A stretch of DNA of 32,000 nt. It comes from Haloquadratum walsbyi C23 (GTDB taxonomy: Archaea > Halobacteriota > Halobacteria > Halobacteriales > Haloferacaceae). The stretch lies in assembly GCF_000237865.1 (NCBI RefSeq), contig NC_017459.1, forward strand, positions 2,040,001 through 2,072,000, given 5' to 3'. A model generated the notes under the pieces. That model saw only the letters and a list, made by a program, of their open reading frames with translations. It was not told where the DNA came from and searched no databases. The position numbers and the translations under genes were made by a program. Shown piece after piece: positions 25,504 to 32,000 of the stretch. Within the stretch, counting starts at the first letter, position 1; each line of letters starts with the position of its first letter.

Positions 25504-25670
25504 TCCGGCGTAAGCCGGTAGTGACAACCTGATGTCTGTGATTAGCGACCAAAACTCAGAGCCGTCATCAGGAGAAACGAACGCAGTCAAGTTCAATTCT
25601 ACCCACTCCGTTTCGAGGGAATTGTACTCGCTGCTCGACGCAGTCGACAGCGAGTCCGTTGCCGACGAGT

Positions 25671-26609
25671 TGGCCGTGGTGAATCGCCAGACGTAGCGTA
25701 ATTTCACGGTTTTACCGCCTGCTTAATGTTGTGAACCGCACACATCAGGACGAGTTCACGAAATTCGCCGTACCAAGATCGCGCACGCACGGCGTCGCCG
25801 AGCGTGCGCTTGATCGTCGAGAAGACTGTCTCACACATCGCTCGTTGACGGTATTGAGGTCCATCGATCCGCGCGTTATGCGCGTGATCGATAGGCCGGA
25901 ACTCACGATGCTTGATCAACGGTCTCACGCCGTCTTCGCGTAGTTTCTCGCGTAACTCCATCCAATCGTAGCCTTTGTCCGCAGCGAGGCTGGTGAGGTC
26001 GCCCGCGTTGCGGCGGGCGACCTGCCAGCCGAGTTGTGTGTCGTGACGCTTCTCGGTCGTACAGTGAACGTCCAGAATGGCTTGGCTTTCTGTGTCCACG
26101 AGAGTAGTTGTTTTGAGCGTCTGAACACGGTAATTCGTCCGACGATAATAGTGTTTGCTGGCGTTTTCGCGGTCGAAAAACGTCGCATCGATCGCGGCGT
26201 GACCGCTCGGGTCGTGCAGCTGCGCCGAGAGGCGCAGCAGCACTCGCCAGAGTGCTGTCTTGATCCTGTCAAACCACTTCACTAGCGTCGAGTGATGCGG
26301 GAGATCAGCTGGTTCAAGCCCGATCTCCCCGAGAATATGTGGCATCTCGCTCAACAGATCTAACGTCTCACGGTAGGACTTTTCCAAGTAAACTCGAAGA
26401 CAATGGAGTGATACGACAGCGTAGTCGGCGAAGCCGCCACCCCCTTCGGGGGCGGCGACTTCGCCTCGGTCACCAACAGCATTTTTAGCTAACTGAACCG
26501 CTTTCTTCGTGAAGCGGGAGATCTTCGACATAGACATCGGCGATTTCCCGCTTCATTCCACTAGTTCTGACGGTCGAAACCGATGCTGTCCAGCGATTCA
26601 CCAGAGCCA
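25671..26609 (-). mobile_element. IS-D: ~0.93-kb IS5-type insertion sequence, apparently intact
   Basis: Inverted repeats TGGCCGTGGTGAATCGC (25671-25687) and TGGCTCTGGTGAATCGC (reverse complement of 26593-26609), 15/17 identical, with a perfect 10-bp core GGTGAATCGC. I found no convincing target-site duplication, so the exact ends are uncertain. Confidence 0.7.
25704..26537 (-). CDS. IS-D DDE transposase (IS5/ISH1-like), 277 aa
   Basis: AAIDATFF (D), LAADKGYD (D) and YRQRAMCETVFSTIKRTLG (Y-x2-R-x3-E-x6-K). Uninterrupted ORF with an ATG start. Confidence 0.85.
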   Translation of the reverse strand: MSMSKISRFTKKAVQLAKNAVGDRGEVAAPEGGGGFADYAVVSLHCLRVYLEKSYRETLDLLSEMPHILGEIGLEPADLPHHSTLVKWFDRIKTALWRVLLRLSAQLHDPSGHAAIDATFFDRENASKHYYRRTNYRVQTLKTTTLVDTESQAILDVHCTTEKRHDTQLGWQVARRNAGDLTSLAADKGYDWMELREKLREDGVRPLIKHREFRPIDHAHNARIDGPQYRQRAMCETVFSTIKRTLGDAVRARSWYGEFRELVLMCAVHNIKQAVKP

Positions 26610-26833
26610 TTTAGTGTTAAATGTGGGTGCTCGTCAGTATTAATGAGGTCAGGATCAAGAGCATCGATACCTAAAACGACGAGGGTCGTATTCGACAGCT
26701 AGATTGGGAGGTGACATAACCATTCGGTTCGACTGCACGATATATTCTCATTTTCGCTGCATTCAGTATCTTCCACTTGTCATCAGTTTATCAACGCCGT
26801 CCCGCGATGACTTCCTTTGGAGTCTCAATCAAG

Positions 26834-27964
26834 TCACACTGATGTGAGCAATGACTTGTACCGATTGATAGCAGCGTCGAAGCTATACTGATCAACAGCT
26901 AGTGAGCGAGCATGTTCACTTATCATTGACAAGGACTCCTCGTTGAGAATTACTGTAACATCTGACATGATTGATGACCCTTCGCGCTGCTGCATACAAA
27001 ATCCAGTCTCATTTTCTCGAACTACATCTGGGATACCTGCTACCGGCATTGCGTATACTGGTGTTCCGCAAGCCATTCCCTCAAGTATAGTTGTTGGTAA
27101 TCCCTCGGTTGGGTGTGACGGCATCACAAGAAGCTTCATTCGGTTTAGCTCGGCAGGGATATCATCATGTTCGACCCACCCGGTCAGTTCGACACGACCG
27201 TTATGAATCTCATCAGCGAGTTCCTCTTTTAACCAGTCTGCAAGTGGACCGTCACCAACAAATCGAAATGTCACTCTTTCAGGCAATCGTTTGGCTGCGT
27301 CCGCCAGCTCGCGAATTCCCTTTTCTTCATCAAGTCGACCGACAAATCCAACGACGCTGTCGCGCTCCGCAAACGGTGTTGTTGGTCGAAACTGCTCTGT
27401 ATCTACGTAGCGCGCTCCGTGAGGATACACATCCGATGACTCGGGATTGAGCCCCAACTCCCGCGCCATATTCGGGGTGTATGTAACGACCATGTGTGCG
27501 GTTGTAAATCCCACACGCTCAAGCAACCACACGGCTCCCGCGAGCATACGGGCAAACAGACCTGGCATCCGCTGTTCCCAATTCAATCGCAATGTCAGCG
27601 GAACGTTCCCACGTGGTTCAACGAGTACCGTTTTACCCACTGCGCGGGTAAACAATATTGGCAACAGGTACGCTGTTGCCCCAAAGAATAGTACCACATC
27701 CTCAGATCGTTGTCGGAGTACGGCACACATCCGAAGTTGATTCAAAATGAATCGCACTGCAGCAACAGGAACGCTGTCGCCGGCGCCCTTCTGTGTTAGC
27801 TCTACCACCTCTCGATTATCCCGAATTGTCGATTCAACAGGCAGATCTGCTGTCACGAGAGAAACAGACCCGAGCTCTGCGAGGATATCCAGTAAGGTTC
27901 GTGTCGCATTCTCTCCGGCAGCACTCAGTGGATGAGTGATGACACACACATCACGGTTACCCAT
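26834..27964 (-). CDS. Glycosyltransferase family 4, 376 aa
   Basis: MGNRDVCVITHPLSAAGENAT... and FVGRLDEEKGI. E-x7-E region VMPSHPTEGLPTTILEGMACGTPVYAMPVAGIPDVV. The track start at 28060 would overlap the upstream GT2 by 58 nt, whereas the ATG at 27964 leaves a 38-nt gap. Confidence 0.85.
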   Translation of the reverse strand: MGNRDVCVITHPLSAAGENATRTLLDILAELGSVSLVTADLPVESTIRDNREVVELTQKGAGDSVPVAAVRFILNQLRMCAVLRQRSEDVVLFFGATAYLLPILFTRAVGKTVLVEPRGNVPLTLRLNWEQRMPGLFARMLAGAVWLLERVGFTTAHMVVTYTPNMARELGLNPESSDVYPHGARYVDTEQFRPTTPFAERDSVVGFVGRLDEEKGIRELADAAKRLPERVTFRFVGDGPLADWLKEELADEIHNGRVELTGWVEHDDIPAELNRMKLLVMPSHPTEGLPTTILEGMACGTPVYAMPVAGIPDVVRENETGFCMQQREGSSIMSDVTVILNEESLSMISEHARSLAVDQYSFDAAINRYKSLLTSV

Positions 27965-28002
27965 GCGTGATAATCTACTGACCGAGGTATATTCCTGTTC
28001 GT

Positions 28003-28920
28003 TCAGTATTTGCTGTATCCGTATAGATATCCGATCCCAACAGTGGCAGTGAATACCCACAGCATAACAAGTTGCGTAATTCTCGCTATCGACGGTGACT
28101 GTATTATATTCCGGATGCGTAATAATGTAAAATCTGTAATTAGACGCGTCAGGAACTCTACCTCCTCGTCGTCATTATCATCAAGCAGTGTCTCCATCGC
28201 ACGTTTCGAGTATCCCTGCCAGAATGCTCGATCTAACAGCCACCCCACTTTCGTCCGATACTGGAACACCTTGTGTGCTACCTCGGCTTCAGGTACATAC
28301 CAGATCCCCTGGTCATACTCTGTGCGCATTCGCGCGCAAAGTTCCGTTTCCCCACCCTGAAGATTCTTGTCACCTTTCCGACCACCAATACTAACATTGA
28401 ATCCCCCAAGTTCTTCGAATAAGTTCGTACGAAACGAGATATTCGAGCCAAACGTATTTCGAACCTCCCCAGCTCCATCCGCGAATCCACGATGCGTTAC
28501 ACCAATCAGCCAGTAGAACTCCTCAGGCAGGAACGATGGCTTGCCAGCAATCCATTCGGGTGTCATCTTTCCACCCGTCGCAATCGCATTTTGATTCTCA
28601 TACGCGTCCACCAGTCGCTCAATCCACTCCTCGTCCGCAATTGCATCGTCGTCGATGAACGCGACTACATCGCCAGTCGCCAACTCTGCACCCCGATTAC
28701 GACTTTGCAGCAGCCCCACATTCTCGTCATTACACGAGATAATCATATCCTCGTGATTGTCATAATCCTCAAGTATCTTGTCATACACATCTGGCGTTCC
28801 GTCAACAATCACGACGAGCTCAACGTTATTGTATGTCTGATTGAGCACACTCTCGGCAGCCTCACAGAAATGATCGTACATATCAAGTGTATACGTACAG
28901 AGGACGACCGAGACGTTCAC
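28003..28920 (-). CDS. Glycosyltransferase family 2 (GT-A), soluble type, 305 aa
   Basis: VSVVLCTYT..., VELVVIVDGTPD and the DxD motif VAFIDDDAIAD. GTG start at 28920 with no upstream in-frame ATG. Co-directional with 26834-27964, so probably in one operon. Confidence 0.85.
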   Translation of the reverse strand: MNVSVVLCTYTLDMYDHFCEAAESVLNQTYNNVELVVIVDGTPDVYDKILEDYDNHEDMIISCNDENVGLLQSRNRGAELATGDVVAFIDDDAIADEEWIERLVDAYENQNAIATGGKMTPEWIAGKPSFLPEEFYWLIGVTHRGFADGAGEVRNTFGSNISFRTNLFEELGGFNVSIGGRKGDKNLQGGETELCARMRTEYDQGIWYVPEAEVAHKVFQYRTKVGWLLDRAFWQGYSKRAMETLLDDNDDEEVEFLTRLITDFTLLRIRNIIQSPSIARITQLVMLWVFTATVGIGYLYGYSKY

Positions 28921-29496
28921 ACAAAGTGTGAGCTAGAGAGCAAACTTGAGTGCTTCTATTTCAGGACTAGCCCCGCCCCCGTATTTACCATTGAACATCC
29001 AATAGCGTCTATTCGATGGGAACGGATTTACCCCACCCACATCGGCTAATTATGTATATCTGAAGAGCTTCATTCACATTTTCACAATTTATTGCACTGA
29101 TGGATCGGTCAATAATCCACCAACTGAATGAGATAGGCTAGCGACCAGTCTGTTGAAGCGGTAGTATCACGTTCAACTCTGCTCGGTTTTTTCTGTTTAT
29201 ACCTCTTTGCGCACGCCTCCAGTCGTGCCGTAACTTCGTCCGAAACGACGAGGTGTCCCTCCGAAGCAATAGTCTATGATCTGTTGCATCATCTTCATGA
29301 AATAGCATTCGTGATGCAGAATCACCTAATGAGGATATTATTCGAGATATTCATGATGATCGTGAGGACACCCTTGGCGTGGATTGCAAGCGCCTCCACT
29401 GACCCCCAGCAACGTATTGAATATATAATATGATTATTAATCAGTTGGAGTATCTGCTCCGGAACCACTTTCAGGTATGCCCGATGATTGTGAGCG

Positions 29497-30696
29497 ATGG
29501 CATCGTTCGACGACGTCACCGTCCTTGTGCCAACGTACAATGAGGCTGAGACAGTCGGTCAGGTAGTTGATGACTTCCAAGAGGCAGGATTCGACGATAT
29601 CCTCGTTATTGATGGGGACTCAACAGATGGAACCGAACGCGTCGCAGCTAATCATGGGGCTCGAGTCGTCACGCAATCTGGCACAGGAAAGGGACAAGCT
29701 GTTCGTGAAGCCGTCGAGCGACATATTGACCGAACGTACGTCTTGATGCTTGATGGTGATGCAACGTATCATGCTGATGATGCGGAGGCGATGCTTGAAC
29801 CGCTCTTCGATGGGAGTGCCGCACATGTTGTTGGTGATCGATTCGCTGATTTGCGTGAGGGGGCGATGACACGATTCAATCAAGTTGGAAATTCGATTAT
29901 TAACCGAGGATTTCGTGCTGTCCATGGTGATCAAATTCGGGATGTCCTCTCTGGATATCGGGGATTTACACGTGCATCATTTCGTGAGATGACACTCACC
30001 GCTGATGGGTTTGGGATTGAAACCGAAATGGCGGTTGAGTGTGCCCGACGCGATATCCCGACAGCTGTTGTTCCGATTACCTACTATCCACGCCCGTCAG
30101 GATCCGATACAAATCTTCGACCGGTTCGCGATGGTGGCATCATCTTTCTTGAGTTATTCCGACAGGCGAAGACAAACAATCCGCTGTTTTATTTCGGGAG
30201 TGTCGGCGCGCTCTCGACACTCACAGGACTTGGGGTTGCAGCGTATGTTATTATTGAATGGATTACCGTCGGTGTTCCACATGAGATATTAGCTGTCGTC
30301 GCTGCCGCTGGGGTGCTCTTTGGTGTGCAATTATTGATGTTCGGAGTGCTTGCGGATCTCATTTACTCATTACATTCGGAAACAATGTCTCGAATCGACT
30401 CGGTAATAGAGATGGATCGGACAGAACAGACAGTGGGTAGGATATCTCATGAACGGGATATAGATACTGATAGAAGACCAGACTCAAGCGGATCAACGAC
30501 ACAACCGTCTCATACGGACGCCAATGATACGTTAGGATCCACGACATCGTCTGATGTGAGTGAGGAAGATGCAACCAATAAGAAAGCGACAATCCCGACT
30601 GAGCTGGACAAAACACAGCATGAGGATTCCGTGGTTACGAAGGAAGACATCGATACTGAGGATGGGAGTACTCAGACACACGGTAGTGACAGTTGA
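29497..30696 (+). CDS. Membrane-anchored GT2, dolichyl-phosphate sugar synthase-like (DPM1/AglJ/AglD type) with a long acidic C-terminal tail, 399 aa
   Basis: VTVLVPTYNEAETV, VIDGDSTDGT and LMLDGDATY (DxD). Two C-terminal hydrophobic helices follow (FYFGSVGALSTLTGLGVAAYVII and AVVAAAGVLFGVQLLMFGVLADLI), then about 100 aa of S/T/D/E-rich sequence. Confidence 0.85.
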   Translation: MASFDDVTVLVPTYNEAETVGQVVDDFQEAGFDDILVIDGDSTDGTERVAANHGARVVTQSGTGKGQAVREAVERHIDRTYVLMLDGDATYHADDAEAMLEPLFDGSAAHVVGDRFADLREGAMTRFNQVGNSIINRGFRAVHGDQIRDVLSGYRGFTRASFREMTLTADGFGIETEMAVECARRDIPTAVVPITYYPRPSGSDTNLRPVRDGGIIFLELFRQAKTNNPLFYFGSVGALSTLTGLGVAAYVIIEWITVGVPHEILAVVAAAGVLFGVQLLMFGVLADLIYSLHSETMSRIDSVIEMDRTEQTVGRISHERDIDTDRRPDSSGSTTQPSHTDANDTLGSTTSSDVSEEDATNKKATIPTELDKTQHEDSVVTKEDIDTEDGSTQTHGSDS

Positions 30697-30883
30697 GAAT
30701 TCCAACAGTGCATACGCTACATTTCATTGCGATTTATGTACCAGCATATTGATATAACCTCTCCAGCAGTATTGAGGACGCTCTGAGAGATTATTGCTGA
30801 TATAGCAATAATGCAGATGTGTCAGAAAGCTAGCATAGAGTCTATGCAGTGGTGATTATCGCTCTGGTTAGTATTGTTACAGC

Positions 30884-31210
30884 TCAGAATGGAAGCATAG
30901 ACCGAAGCTGTTTCAAGAAGCCACCTGAAGATGTCACCCGATATTCCTCAAACACCGGATGCAATGCATTGAGTAATTCAGTTTTATTATCAAACTCTCC
31001 TTTGTCGACATCATCAAATGCTTCAGAGAGAGAAACGGTACTACCGGATGCATCGTATGGAACGGCAGGATCGCCGAGTGCAAGAACAACCTCTCGTGTC
31101 GTCGCCGGGAACGTGAGGTCACCCTCTGAAAGATGAGCGTCAAGGGCGGCAATACCGAACGTGAGCGTGTCCGGCTCGTCATCATCCTGCTGTGGTGGTC
31201 TAACAGCCAT
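30884..31210 (-). CDS. Acidic hypothetical protein, 108 aa
   Basis: ATG-initiated ORF with the D/E-rich composition typical of haloarchaeal cytoplasmic proteins (MAVRPPQQDDDEPDTLTFGIAALDAHLSEGDLTFPATTREV...). The overlapping plus-strand ORF (30849-31136) is S/R-rich and looks like a shadow. I can name no motif. Confidence 0.5.
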   Translation of the reverse strand: MAVRPPQQDDDEPDTLTFGIAALDAHLSEGDLTFPATTREVVLALGDPAVPYDASGSTVSLSEAFDDVDKGEFDNKTELLNALHPVFEEYRVTSSGGFLKQLRSMLPF

Positions 31211-31657
31211 TATGATATTATAGGGGAGCGGGCATGCAAAAAGGCTATCTTCTCCGTAGTTGTATCAATATAATTATTATATGACTGTATATAGTCGAAA
31301 AGCGACAGTCAATAGTCTGTGATTTCAGGTGGACTTATGTGATACGTCTCACTGCAAGTCGAGTGTGTTCTTCTGGGGCGAGTACTGATTCGCTCTTACG
31401 TGGATGAATCAGACGATTCGTAGTATCAGATAAAATAGAATAGCTGAGTGTAACATATACTAACCGATTCAATAGCAATAGTATATCTCGCTACTATCGT
31501 GCATCACATGCCCATGCACGCGATGTAAAATCAGCGAGATAAACATTCAGTGATTCTTGTAAGCCAAGATACCAGCATCAAGAGTAATATTAAGATATAC
31601 TCAAATCGAATTGGACCGGACATATTTTGAGTATCGACACGTTATGCGTCTGCAGAG

Positions 31658-31870
31658 ATGACCGAGTATACGACTGTTTCTGTCCCAAAGGACCTCGCCG
31701 CTCGTGTGGATGAGACCATTGAGGGGACGAGTTTCTCAAGTACGAGTGATCTTGTGCGGTTTCTCCTCCGTAGTATTGTCATTCAACACCAACGTGAGGG
31801 ACAATTGACTGAGGCAGAATTCGAGGATATTGCCGAGCAACTGTCTGATCTTGGATATCTCGACCAGTAA
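31658..31870 (+). CDS. Ribbon-helix-helix (CopG/Arc/MetJ-type) DNA-binding protein, 70 aa
   Basis: MTEYTTVSVPKDLAARVDETIEGTSFSSTSDLVRFLLRSIV shows the beta-strand/helix/helix pattern of RHH proteins, followed by an acidic C-terminal extension. Confidence 0.65.
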   Translation: MTEYTTVSVPKDLAARVDETIEGTSFSSTSDLVRFLLRSIVIQHQREGQLTEAEFEDIAEQLSDLGYLDQ

Positions 31871-32000
31871 CTCGGACACTATTATCAACATTCTGCGAAA
31901 TAAATACAATACTGATACTGACAGGGACGCGCATCTTCATAGCCCCGATTGAATAAATTCCCACTATCTCATCAGACGAAAGTCACAGTCATACATAGCC

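Noticed and set aside
25462-25707. 81-aa GTG-initiated minus-strand ORF between IS-D and the TagF-like gene
   Set aside because: It starts inside the IS-D terminal repeat and covers the putative promoter region of the downstream gene. It has low-complexity Ser/Thr composition and is most likely fortuitous.
28921-29496. ORFs 28492-29049 (plus) and 29322-29540 (minus), and a T-run (GGTTTTTTCTGTTTAT at about 29185-29200), in the divergent GT2/GT2 intergenic region
   Set aside because: The ORFs are shadows or extensions that overlap real genes at their ends and lack motifs. The T-run has no upstream co-oriented gene to terminate. The region is best read as a 576-bp divergent promoter region.
1-32000. 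Search for tRNA, rRNA and CRISPR arrays
   Set aside because: I recognised no cloverleaf-type GC-rich 70-90-nt segments, no rRNA-like sequence and no regularly spaced direct repeats. The only repeat families are the IS copies and the coding low-complexity tracts.

Overview
This window is a haloarchaeal cell-surface N-glycosylation (agl) island that mobile elements and gene decay have heavily eroded. The haloarchaeal assignment rests on strongly acidic proteins, an AglB/STT3 oligosaccharyltransferase, an Orc1/Cdc6 remnant and ISH-like DDE transposases. The moderate GC and low coding density recall Haloquadratum, but I could not verify that.

Intact-looking genes:
- partial UDP-glucose 6-dehydrogenase
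- AglB
- sugar-1-phosphate nucleotidyltransferase
- SDR epimerase (UDP-glucuronate-4-epimerase-like)
- MsbA/PglK-architecture ABC exporter
- three GT4 glycosyltransferases
- one soluble GT2
- one membrane-anchored Dol-P-sugar-synthase-like GT2
- one FkbM-type methyltransferase
- one TagF/'surface carbohydrate biosynthesis'-like protein
- an acidic hypothetical protein
- a ribbon-helix-helix protein

Eroded parts:
- A ~1.07 kb IS4/IS5-type element (here 'IS-A') is present twice in direct orientation.
- IS-A copy 1 (12641-16834) split a GT4 gene after codon 9. It was later hit by a 1955-bp ISH3-like element (IS-B) and an 1159-bp IS630-like element (IS-C).
- IS-A copy 2 (20073-21147) sits inside an IS6-type transposase remnant and carries a nonsense codon.
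- A fifth element (IS-D, IS5-like, 25671-26609) looks intact.
- Other pseudogenes are an orc1/cdc6 gene with frameshifts and a stop, a frameshifted FkbM methyltransferase, and a decayed tandem paralog of the TagF-like gene.
- No convincing gene lies in 6723-8193.

I recognised no tRNA, rRNA or CRISPR array, and I see no clear novel multi-gene system. The most testable ideas are the ABC exporter as a lipid-linked-oligosaccharide flippase candidate, the low-complexity acidic insertions and tails in three glycosylation enzymes, and the exactly reconstructable insertion history.

All family calls come from motif recognition by eye. No database search was run. The ORF track omits ORFs that run off the window and uses ATG/GTG/TTG starts, so several starts were re-evaluated.
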